This document shows positions 51,288-64,000 of a stretch of DNA of 64,000 bases, piece by piece (positions within the stretch are counted from its first letter, which is position 1; each line of letters begins with the position of its first letter). A program made the position numbers and the translations under genes. The DNA is from the human T2T-CHM13v2.0 reference genome, Homo sapiens. The stretch lies in assembly GCA_009914755.4 (NCBI GenBank), contig CP068257.2, positions 36,288,001 to 36,352,000 of the forward strand, written 5' to 3'. The notes under the pieces are model-generated. The model had not been told where the DNA came from and ran no database searches. It was given only the letters and a program-made list of their open reading frames with translations.

Positions 51288-51727
51288 GTCTAAAACATGG
51301 GGAGATAAAAGCATGAAGGCTGCCTTACACACCTTCACTAGTCTGTGCTCACACTCAACACGTGTGGGACTAAAGGAGTGTCCCTACTAGATTTTTGACT
51401 GTTTCCCTGGTTGCTCTGGGGAAGAGGGGTTGGGGAGGATGCTGGCATGACCTTGCAATTCTTGCTATGGGAGGAATACACTGGTACAACAACTATGTAT
51501 TTTTTTTCTTTCTTTCCCAAATCATCTCAGAAAAATGTCTTGTTTTTTTTTTTCTCCCTTACCTGATGCGGTGGTCCTAGAACCAGAGGTGCAACTGCAA
51601 GTTCTGGAAGCAGGAATGATTTCTAAGCAAGAAACTGTCACTGTGTTTTTAAACTTTGTCAGAATTCCTAACAATTCTGGGGGTGGACCGTGTCTTTATC
51701 TCGTCTGGCAAAAGTGGGGTTAGGACT

Positions 51728-52190
51728 AAATACAATGCACATACACGTGCATGTATCTTTATAATAGAATGATTTCTGTTCCTTTGGGTATACACCCAGT
51801 AATGGGATTGCTGGGTCAAATGGTATTTCTGCCTCTAGGTCTTTAAGGAATCACCACACTGTCTTCCACCATGGCTGAGGCAGGAACAGAAGACCAACAC
51901 TGCGTCTTCTCGCTTACAAGTGGGAGCTGAATGATGAGAACACATGGACGCATGGGGTTGGGGGAACAACACACACTGGGGGCTGTTAGGGGTGGGGTGT
52001 GGGGAGGGAGAGCATCAGGAACAATAGCTAATGGATGCTGGGCTTAATACCTAGGTGATGGGTTGATCTGTGCGGCAAACCACCACGGCACACGTTTACC
52101 TATGCAACACACCTGCACGTCCTGCACATGTACCCCTGAACTTAAAAATAAAACTTGAAGAAAATAAAAGAATAAATACAACTATATTTC
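51728..52190 (+). mobile_element. L1 3'-end fragment with an internal deletion
   Basis: ...cagtaatgggattgctgggtcaaatggtatttctgcctctaggtctttaaggaatcaccacactgtcttccaccatgg | ...gggagctgaatgatgagaacacatggacgcatgg...agcatcaggaacaatagctaatggatgctgggcttaatacctaggtgatgggttgatctgtgcggcaaaccaccacggcacacgtttacctatgcaac...gaacttaaaaataaaa. Confidence 0.85.
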
Positions 52191-54836
52191 CTGGTGGTAG
52201 AAGTGGCTCACTAGTTTGGAATCTGTGTAACCCTGTCTTGAATGAATGGGAACAGACTGAGGTAGAGGCACTCACTAGGCTGATATTGCTACCAGCGATC
52301 TGGACCAGCACAATGGCTGAAGTTAATGTCCCTTTCAAAGGTGGAAAAGTTTGGGTAAAAGTAAATGACAAATGGAAAAAAAAGAAAGAATAATAGCTGA
52401 GGGTAAGAAATGAATAAATGTGTTATAGATTGAGGGAAATCCAGTAGTAAATTAACAACCCTTTTAAAGAGTCTCAGAGCAAGAGATGACGTCATTGGCC
52501 AGCTCAGTTATTCCAGGTGCCTGAAAGGGCGAAGCTGTATATTTACCGAGACCCCTCCTGCTTTTGGGAACTGACAAGTTCCCTGAAGCACCCACGGAGG
52601 GCATGGAGGCTCCGTGCCCCTGCCCCCATACCTCGCCCTACACGTCTGTATCCTTTGCAATATCCTTTATAATCAACTAGTATACGTTTAAAAACAAAAA
52701 TAGAACTGACCACAGGCTGCAGGTCTCCCATGGAATTCTTGGTGCAGGCTTGGGTATCTCTGCCTGGTAGAACTGCCAGATGAAATACAGAGACCCAGTT
52801 ATGTTTGAATTTTAGATGAATAATTCTTTTTTGTATAAGTATGTCTCATGCAATATTTGGGACATACACTAAATTTTTCTTTGTTGATATCTGAAATTTA
52901 AATGTAACTGATCTCCCCTTTTATTTGATAAATCTGGCAACTCTACTGCCTGGACAGCAGTGGCCCTTTGAGCAGAAGGAATTGACTCCTGGTAGTAGAG
53001 GAAGGACTCTGGTCCCCAATGTAAACCTATCTGTTTGCTTTCAGGATGCGGGTTCAGAAACCTTTATTGCTGCCTGTAAAGACTCAGCATGGCCAGGGAC
53101 TTGCAGAAGGACTCTCACCTGGCTCCATGTTGATAAATTTCAGCCACATGTAATGAAATAGAGAGAAATGGAAAAGAACAGGGTGGTTAAGGGACCTGTT
53201 AAAAGTGACTACAATTTGGCCCACACCAGTTGAAAAACAAAAGCAAAGAAACAAGCTGCTTTGTTCCAGAACACAAACAAAAAAAACAAAAAACCAAAAT
53301 ACCACGAACTAAACAAAGCCACAGACACATTTCACCAGAAGTGTATTTATTTATCCCTCTAAAATGTCTTTCTTAATATATGGCTGGATGTTCTGTTTTA
53401 TAAATCTGTAATTACAAGTAACTGGTGTTACAATGATTATAAATTTGCAATATATTTATTTGGGAATTAAATGGCATTAATTGGAGGGTGGAATAGTGAC
53501 TACGACTTAATTAACCTGAGACTATGGGCTCTGGTTAAAAATCCACCACTACCAGGTAAGTGTGTGTTCCAGGAACAGTGTAGCTTCCACATTTAAAGGC
53601 TGTAAATTATTGATGGCAGTAGTCAGTGCTTCTGACAAGCAGTAAACTGGGAGACTGAGTGCTGGAAAGTTGGAACACATTTGATCCGTGTAGGTGGAAA
53701 TGTGCAGGGTAAAAATAGAGTCGTGGCAAATGCTTTTCCAGATCCATAAGACCTCCAGGGAGCAAGATCATTTGCCAGCTCTCTCCACCTCTGCTAGTAT
53801 CCATTCTCCATCTCTTCCCTTCAGACCTCCGCCCTGTGTCCACACTCTGGTCATCAGCTCTCTTCTCTGGTCAAAAGAAGTCCGGATGGGACGAAAGAAA
53901 ACAGGCTGGAGAGTGAAATGGGCATCTGAGCAGAAGGTGGAGTTGAAAATTCACAAAGGGAAGCTTGCACTTCATCCTCATCTGTTCTCTTCCCTCCCTA
54001 TTCAAATGGGGATTGTGTTTTTAAGGCTGATTTCTTTCCTCCTCACTGGAATTGTCTTATGTAATCCTAGCTAGTGGAGTAGCTGAACTTAATTTGATGG
54101 GATAAAAAGAAATGTGCCTTTGTGTTCTTAAAAAGAATGAATGTTTGCCATTTCTTATTTATGAATACAATAAACCAGGCTCTACTGGGGAGAGAACTAG
54201 AGGGGGGAGCAACAGATGCCTGGAAAAAAAAAGGGCATAATATTTATAACACTGTGAATGAAGCATTAAAAATGGGCAAATTAAAGCAATCCCTCAGCAG
54301 ATGGGGCATATGTATTGCTAGAAACTCATGTGCACATGTTCCAGCCTCATCTATGGAACTGCACTGAATGCCAAGCTATTTGGTGATAGGGGAATTTGAT
54401 TTAAAGCGTATGTTTTCTAAGGAATTGTCATACGTGCCCATGTGTGAGTAAAACACAAGTGAAGAAACCCTGAAGCTTCTCACTTCTGGAAGCCTTTTAA
54501 TCAGAAATTGCTCTCCTATGCCTGCCACATAGGGAGTATCATAGGAGAGGATACTATGACATTCTACTTAAAGATGTAATGTGGGTTACCCAGCAATTTC
54601 ACTCCTAGATATTTACCCAGAGCAATGAAGCACCTGTCCACAAAAAGACTTCTTCGAGAATTGTGTAATTGTCAATCCCTGCCTCTCTTAAAAAAATAAA
54701 ATCAACTCAAACAGACATCAATTGTAGAATGGATAAACAAATTGTATATGTTGGACTATTACTCAGCAACAAAAAGAAACAAACTGTTGATACAATGGAA
54801 AACATGATCGATGACTCTTTAAAATGTTACACTACG

Positions 54837-55140
<304 letters not shown>

Positions 55141-55740
55141 CATCATGCTGAGCAAGTGAGGCCAGACACATCAAATAAAAACAAATCTGGACTCACTGGA
55201 GAGACTTTATATAAAAGGATTATTGCAGTGGGGGTGGGAAGGGTATTGCCATAGAGAAAACATTCTATCTATAATGTGGACACTTATCTCAAAGGTTAAG
55301 GCAAGCAGCATTTTTCTATTATAGAGAGGAGTGAACAAGGCTAGGAAGAACTGAGTGAGGGAAAGTGGGGGTGAAAATGTTTTACCTGAAGCTAGTTTAT
55401 TCTCTGGAGGGGTTGTCTGCAGGCTTTGGCTGAGGATAACCAAATCTTAATCTTTGTCTAACAAGTATTTTGTTCCATTTGATCAGTGGCAACAAGGAGA
55501 TCAGCCAATCATTTATGAGGCAAAGAATGGGAAGTTGGAGGGTCTGGGTCTGGCCTTGTCCTAAGTAACAGAGAACATCATGAACTGTAGCTAAGTCCTG
55601 TGGGGAACGGTGTTTCCCAGAGCATGAAAGGGTGGGGGGAATTCTTTGAAACTTTGCTGTTTTTTCAGGAGCCCAGACTCAGCTAAAATTCAACCTTGTC
55701 ACATTACAAAGTACATTACCATATGATTCCATGTATACGA

Positions 55741-55767
55741 AATACAAAAAAAAAAAAAAAAAAAAAA
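55741..55767. repeat. poly(A) homopolymer
   Basis: Direct reading. Confidence 0.85.
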
Positions 55768-55884
55768 GACGAAACTAGGCTATAGTGAAAGAAAACAGAC
55801 GGTGGTTGCCTGAGGCCATCCAAGGAGTAGGGACTGACTGCAGAAGGGCACAGGGAAACTACTGGGGGTGGCAGGAATGTTCAA

Positions 55885-56360
55885 AATCTTGATTGTGGTT
55901 GTCTTAGTCCATCAGGTGGCTGTAACAGAATGCTATATATCGAGTGGTTTGTACACAACAGAAACTTACCTCCCACAGCTCTGGAGACTGGGACTCCCAA
56001 GATCAAGATGCTGTCAGAGTCAGTGTCTGGTGAGGGCCTCATTCCAGGTTCATAGACTGCACCTATTCACTATGATCTCACCTGGTGGGAGGGACAAGGG
56101 AGCTCCCTGGAGTCTCTTTTTATAAGGGCACTAATCCCACTCAGGAGGGCTCCCCACTCATGACCTAATCACCTCCCACCTCCTAATATCATCACCTTGG
56201 GGGTTAGGATTTCAACATATACATTTGGAGAGAACACAAATATTCAAACCATAGCATTGGTGATGGTTGCATTGTATATACATGTCCCACAATTTATGGA
56301 ACCATACATTTAAAATGGGTGTATTTTATTGTATGTGAACTATACCTCAATTGAATATAT
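55885..56360 (+). mobile_element. Ancient L1 (L1M-type) 3'-end fragment
   Basis: ...cctaatcacctcccacctcctaatatcatcaccttgggggttaggatttcaacatatacatttggagagaacacaaatattcaaaccatagc...accatacatttaaaatgggtgtattttattgtatgtgaactatacctcaat. Confidence 0.6.
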
Positions 56361-58004
56361 TTTAGCAAATGTCAAGTGGGTAGATCATAGTGGCCATGAG
56401 CTCAGGCATAGAAGCTGGGCAGGTGTGAACTTGACAAGCACAAATACATCACTTATGAGCTGTGAGAGAGATATTAGGCAATTGCTTATCCTCACTAAAC
56501 ATCACTTTCTCCATTAGTGCCAACCTCCTAAGACTGATTAGAGCTTTAAGGGCATGCACCTAGTAAGAACTCAATAATTTCAGCTGTTATTGCTGCTACT
56601 ATCATTACGGTGTGTTTCCCTTTACATGCATCTCTTGGGCAATGTGATATAGTGGAGAGACAAGATTTCAAGGCAGAATATTTGGGCTTCAGGATCCTTC
56701 GGCTCAATGTCTTCAACTGTAAAACAGGAAAATATAATCATCACAGCTCAGCTGTGTTACAGTGTAGTTATGAAAATCAAATGTGAAAGTGGATGTGAAA
56801 ATATTGATAAACTAAAGCAACCTCACAAGTGGAACAAGCTAATACATGGGATTAAGTGTAAGTTTCTTTTTTTTCTTTCTTTTTTTTTTTACTTATTCCC
56901 CTAGATTTTCTGGTCTTTTTCACAAAGATTATGGATTCTTCTTAGAATCAGGAAAAAAGTAATTTCCATTTCAGTAAAAGATGCTGTAGACCTGGAATAA
57001 GTACTTAGATATTTATTTGAAAAAATAGGTCCATAAGTAGAGGTGATGATAGAATTTATCTTCTATGGAGATGACTTTTGAAAGTGAAAGAGTATGCTAT
57101 CATTAATTACACCAGTGCAAGTGTCATACACTGAAATGATCTGGGGAAATTAGAGACAATTGGTCATCTCTATATAAGGGACACTTAAGCTAATACTCAT
57201 CCACAAATGCCTCTTAAAAATAAAAAAGGTACCACCTGAGGAAAGAGGGGTGTGGGAGGATGAAGAAGTTGGTGAATGGGTACAAAAATATAGCTAGATA
57301 GAAGGAATAAGTTCTAGTATTTGATAGAAAAGTAGGGAAATTATAGTTAACAGTAATTTATTACGTATTTCAAGATAGGTGAAGAGAAGAATTGAAATGT
57401 TCCCAACACAAAGAAATGATAAATGTTTCAGGCGATGGCTGTCTCAATTACCCTGATTTGGTCCATACACATTGTATATGTGTAACAAACTATGGCATGT
57501 AGCCCCAAAATATGTGTAACTATGATGCTATCAATAAAAAATGAGATAACTGACATCACTGGATCTGAAAATTAAGAAAACATGGTCTTGCCTTTGGACC
57601 TGAGAGCTCAGAGGCACCTTTGTTAAGCAACGTCTGCTCACTTAAGGTGGAGACTTTCTAAAAGCTGGGAGCATAGTCCCATGACTGTCCCCCTGGAGAA
57701 ACTCACACCTCCCAGGGGACTCCCTCCCCGTGAATAGATGAGGCTTGGGGCCCTCCTTCCATAGAAGAAGGAGGTTCTTCTATGGGAGTCAAGAAATCAA
57801 GAAGTGTGGATAATTCCATGTGTTTCTTTAGTTGTTAAAGAAATTTAAGTATTCTACTTTAGACTGTTGATTAAAGGTTATTGTTTAAAAAAACCTTAAA
57901 ACTGTTTTGCATTTTGATCATCATAGTGAAGACTATTTGAACAAAGATCATCAATGGATGCCAAATCTATGGAAGAACACTTGCATAGTCTAAAAATGTC
58001 TCCC

Positions 58005-58321
<317 letters not shown>

Positions 58322-58845
58322 CTAAGTAAAAGCAAGAGTAAAAATTGTCAGTGTACAGCAGAGGTTCTATACAATTCTTTGCCCCAGAGACCAAAATGAG
58401 CATCCTCATTGAACTGCCGTGGACACTGTGGCCTCTGATGTGATGCCCTGAGAAGGACAAATCTTCTCCATGTAGATTTCCATTCAGGGAGGTGGTACCT
58501 GAATCCAAGCACAAGGAAACATCAGAGACCACTTTGAGCAATTCTTTAGAAAATGAATGGCCTATAGTCTTCGAAAATGTCAATGTCATACTACGGAGAG
58601 GCTGAGGAAATAGTCCAGATTAAAAAGCCTGGGAACACAATAAGTACATGCTATTCATGATCTTAAACTGGATCTTAAACTGGAGGGAAGATTTCTACAC
58701 AGAGCATTTTTTGACTATTGGCAAATTGGAATACAGTCTGTGTTTAGACAAAAGATTTGATCAATGTTAAATTTCTTGAATTGTTACCTATGGTTTTCTT
58801 TTTTTATTTTTGCTTTATTTTATTTATTTATTTTTTAGATTTCCT

Positions 58846-59312
<467 letters not shown>

Positions 59313-59688
59313 TTTTCTTTTTAAAGAGAATATCCTTGTTCTTAGGAAATATGGCTTGAAGTATTAAAAGGTAAAGAGGCATGATGTATGAAATTTACTC
59401 TCAAAACTTTCAGAGAAAACAAATTATGTGTGTGTGCATGTGTGTGTATACACAGTCATTTACCAATAGACTTTGAAGGAGAGAGAATATGAAAAATAAA
59501 TGTGGGCAAATATTAAATATTGATAAATCTGAGTAAAACCTACATGGGAATAGTTTGTATTATTTTTGCAACTTTTTTTGTAAGTTCAAAATTACTGTGA
59601 AGTAAAAAGCTTTTAAAAATTGAGGAAAGATGCTAAGTAGTGATGAGTGAATGATGACCGGAAGCTTAGAGACCTCAGGCTCTGATTA

Positions 59689-60034
<346 letters not shown>

Positions 60035-61890
60035 CTATGGGGATAAGCTAGGCCCAGAGATGCTCACATGTGGTTTAGGGGGACAAAGGAAACATGAGGA
60101 TATCCGTTTCTCTTTGGGTGCTGTGATTTGGACTATGCAGACTCCACTGGGGTGGCATGAGGAAGTATTGGTAAAATCTGGCTGTTCTTGAAATCGAGCT
60201 CCTTGGAAGATCGTGATAATCAAGTGAGAGATCACTGCCCCACCAAATTTGAGTACTTACAGTTGATCACACGAAATAAAAATGCCCAATTATGATTACT
60301 AAGGAAGAGATCCTATATTGCTGGAATTATTGTCTCCCCAGAGTCAAGCGCCAGTGCCAGGGTCAGAATGAGTACTGAACACCAGAAGACTTCCTATCCA
60401 AAGTATTTGCTGAGCTACTAGGCATCCAGGTGGTCAAGAGGACAATGAGCTAAACTGATAGTAGCAATCAAGCCTCTATCTGCTTACTATGACAGTGTGA
60501 GCAAGAGGCAGAAAAAGAAGTGCCAACCACCCCCCTCCCCGTGTTCCATTTCCCCCATGGAGCAGTGCCAGGTCAAGATCAGCATGGACCTGGGCAATAG
60601 GAAACTGCAGAGGAGTGCCAGTCTAAGGTCTACTGCCTCTTTATGGACACAGAGGCTGGGGAGAGAAGGGGGACAAGGATGTTCTTTAGCCATGGATCCT
60701 GATAAGGAGGTTATGGTAGAGGACCCTGGACTAGGAGTGCAGATATGTTCATGAGTTGGGCTGGCCAGGCAGGGCTCAAGTCCCTGACTGCAGCTCCCTC
60801 TGGGGACTGCAATACACTTGCTGTATACCAAGACTGCTGTGGGGAGGGCAACTTCCCTGGAGAGGCCTGCAAGGCAAAGCCTTGTCACTGCCTGTGGTCG
60901 GACCTGAAAGATCACACATGGGATTTGGGCCGGAGCTGGACTTCTTATGATTTTCGAGTAAGAAAACCTGGGCTGAGTTGGAGATTGCCCTCCTTCAGGT
61001 GCAGTGAGCTGAGCTTTCTTCTCGTAGGCACTTGCTTGGGATCTGGGACTGCTGTTGGAATTCTCCCAGCCAGATTTTCCCAGTCCATGAGATCAGTCTG
61101 CCCTTGCTGCCGGGGTGGGGTGGGGGTTGTCTGCAGGTGCCTTGTTAGCTGGTCAGCACGCTGCTGGCTGCGCGCTCCTCCTGGCTTCATTTTCCTCTTC
61201 TCCTGCTTTCAGCAGGACATAGCTGGTCGTGACACTTCAGGAAACCTGGCGTTTGTGTGCACTTCCTGAGCTGTTTAGCACCACTGCTCAGAACCCCTGG
61301 AGCTGGGACCACCACCTGCTCTTGTGGGTTCAAGCGCTCAGAGAGAGGGTTCTAAGGCTCTGGGCCAGTGCAGGTAGAAGGTGAAGATCCCAGCTTGGTA
61401 AAGCAGAGCGGCACATCCCGAGCATTTTCAAGATATATTTTAAATTCACTCCATCGCCTGTGAGCCAGTGAAGGAAAGGCAGACCCCAGCCGAGGGCAGA
61501 GGCAGAAACGTGATTTTAGAAATCATAAGGGTGGTGGGCAAGACCCACAAAAGGTCACAGGCCAATTACTGCTTTCGAGAGGAGGAAGGATGTCCTTGGG
61601 TAACTATTAAAATGCATGACACAATTAAAATATGGGGACACATGCGGCCTGTGTTAAAATTAGATTATCAATACTGCTTAGCAGCCTTGGAACCTCAGGC
61701 GAGGCACTGAAGCAGTTAGGGTTTCCTCTTCTGTAACTGAGTGATTTTAACTGTATCTCTCTCATAGGATTGTTGAGAGGATTAAAAGAGATGATGCTTA
61801 TAAAAACATGAGACTGCTTGGACCTATTCTGAATGCTTAATGAGATCTAGCTGTGAAAATATGTGTCTACATACATATTTAATAAGCACA

Positions 61891-61896
61891 CGTGCG

Positions 61897-61940
<44 letters not shown>
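61891..61940. repeat. (GC)~7 followed by (CA)~20, an alternating purine-pyrimidine microsatellite
   Basis: Direct reading: cgtgcgcgcgcgcgcacacacacacacaca...cacag. Confidence 0.95.
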
Positions 61941-61942
<2 letters not shown>

Positions 61943-64000
61943 AATGCTGTACTCCGTCACGTGGTGACCAATGGAACAAACCCTCTCTGTCCCGGACCTC
62001 CACCGCCCACGGCAGCTGAACTGGGCCCGGGGTCTTGACTCCTCACAGGCTTCCCCTCTCACTGGCTTCTCTTCTTGCCGCTCTTCTTTTCTCTTTGTCT
62101 TCTTTGTAGGTTTCTCAAATATCCCTTTTTCTCTTTGGTCCTTTTCTTATGTTAACCTCTTGCCTCCTTGGTGTCTACATTTATTCATTTAAGAGTCTAA
62201 AACAAGGTAAGAAGAAAACTAGTTTGTAACCTGAAAGTTCTTCTTTACTGCTGGAAACACCTGCCCTTGTTCAAATACAGCAACAGGACTTGGTTCACAT
62301 GGAAGATAGGAGTTGGAAAAGGGTTTTCTAATTCACTCTTTGCTGGTGACTTGAGATCCCCACATCAATACACTGCTGAAAACAGAAGGAAGCATTAGCA
62401 GAAAGGGATGAGGGGTGCTGCTCTCCACCCAAGAGGATTCAGGCATGTTCCACAGCCCTCATCGGGATGCACAGGACTTGACACTGCACTGTCCACACCC
62501 CTGCCGCGGGAGGCTGAAGTGACTTCCTTCCACTCAGTTCCAGCGGGCTCTGCTCTAAGGCGTTTTCTCCAATCTCTCTTTCTGCACTGGGGATTTCTGA
62601 GCACAGAGAAAAGTTTCCACTCCTGGTAAATTTATGGAGAACTTGGTCCCATATGATAAGAAATGGAGCCTATTATAAGTTGATACTAACAAAAATGGGA
62701 GATTTTGTTGTTTCATAGGAAATGTTTGCAAGTCTAATGTCAGAATGTTCTGTGAGTGTTGCAATGTAGTAGAATAATGCACCCACATGCTTCTTGTTTT
62801 TTTTCCCTCATGACAAGTATGACATAAGATGCACTTAAATAAATCTGTGGATTTATTTGGAGAAAACATCCCACATGCTTGTTTATAAAAGCCATAAATA
62901 GGAAGACAGAATGCAGAAAGAAAGGAGACATGAAAGAAACCCTTATGACCCTTTGAATTCCAGTAACTCACTTCATGCATAAAAGGGAACTTATTTTTAT
63001 TATTTTCTTCTATTCTTCTTCTTTCATTATTCTGAAACATGGGTGACAAAGAGTCCAATTTGATGGAATTTACTATAGTATAGAAATTTAAAATCTCCTA
63101 AATATCTTTCTTCTCTTCCTATTTACTCAGTCACCACCACAGCTAAAGAGCTAATTTTGGAGTTGACTAAATATGACATTTAGTTCAAAATGATAACTTG
63201 GACATCCACAGTTCTTGTTGTTGCAGTATAACACCAAGTGCAGCACCTATTATTCACAGTACTGTGCAAGGAAACCAATTATTCTGCAGCATATAAACCC
63301 ATGTTCAATATCTTCATAGGAATGTCATTTCACATCTAGTGATTTTCCAATGCAGTCATGTTAACCTCAAAGGCTTATGTTTGGGAATGTGTTTGAGGCT
63401 TAGCAGCTATCATTTTCTTGAAAGTGCTGATTTTTTTTCCCATTGCCTTACTTAAAGTATGTTCCAGAGCCCTGCTCATAATTTTTGACTTCCTGAATGT
63501 CTTCTCTGAAACTGGCCTGTTCTTCCTCACACATTTACTGTGGACTGTGCACGGTAGCTGATCAATTAGGACTTTACTGAATGGCTGGGATGGGAATGTC
63601 CAGCACCCCATGTGCTAGGGTGACTTTCCAGACACTAAATATCTGCTCAGGAGCCAATCAGCTATAGCCAGAAGTTGGGAGGGCATCCTGCATCTCCCAG
63701 CTCTCCCCACCAATTCCTGTTGTCCTTAACATGGATGACACCTGAGTGTATTGGACATGGGACTGGGTGAGAAAAGGAGGTCAGATTTCAACTCAAGTCT
63801 AAATAGCTGGCCTGGAAGGAAGTATGACAACTCTGTGTTAACCTTTTTACATTTATATTTATTACTCAAAAAACTTATGAGTAAGTTTTTGTTATTACAA
63901 TAAGAAGACTTCAGACAAACCTGAGATGGAGAACCAGATAATACAGACAGCTGGAAGAACCAGGCAAGAGTCTGGGGCAGCTCACAGGAGGGATGATGCT

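Noticed and set aside
60745-61269. 174-aa ORF (plus) and overlapping 142-aa and 81-aa ORFs in a moderately GC-rich stretch
   Set aside because: No recognisable protein family. It is Cys/Gly/Trp-rich low-complexity sequence. Multiple overlapping frames are open, as expected from base composition. There are no splice-site or promoter features to suggest an exon.
62555-63058. 167-aa ORF on the minus strand in AT-rich DNA
   Set aside because: A single ORF with no Kozak context, no homology I can recognise, and Lys/Asn/Phe-rich composition typical of chance ORFs in AT-rich intergenic DNA.

Overview
This window is primate, almost certainly human, nuclear genomic DNA. It is not a prokaryotic or phage locus, so the six-frame ORF track is essentially noise: random ORFs in AT-rich intergenic DNA, Alu-encoded ORFs, and stop-poor GC-rich DNA in a CpG island. 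What I can support from the sequence is a repeat-dense, gene-poor region with the following content.

- **Alu elements.** At least 11 copies with recognisable A/T tails, several with intact target-site duplications. One is AluY-like.
- **LINE-1 fragments.** Many copies of different ages, from young-looking 5'-truncated 3' ends with perfect TSDs to old L1M-type pieces. One shows a twin-priming-type inversion.
- **LTR and DNA-transposon relics.**
  - Two MaLR (THE1/MST-type) LTR elements.
  - A pair of related ERV-LTR-like sequences.
  - Two copies of a MER1-like hAT non-autonomous DNA transposon with 8-bp TSDs.
  - Half of a MADE1/Hsmar1 MITE.
- **Microsatellites and homopolymers.** These include (GT)n(GC)n and (GC)n(CA)n alternating purine-pyrimidine tracts.
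- **One orphan, bipartite CpG island at about 9.8-12.5 kb.** It has promoter-like motifs (a TATA-like site, a near-consensus CRE, and a GTAAGT splice-donor-like site) and sits in an otherwise AT-rich repeat desert. This is the only candidate functional, non-repeat element I can see. It is most plausibly the promoter or first exon of an unidentified, possibly non-coding or developmental-type, transcript. I cannot name the gene from sequence alone.

I found no evidence for a novel defence, metabolic or mobile 'system' of the prokaryotic kind. No protein-coding exon could be supported with confidence. Coordinates are approximate to within about 5 bp for repeat ends.
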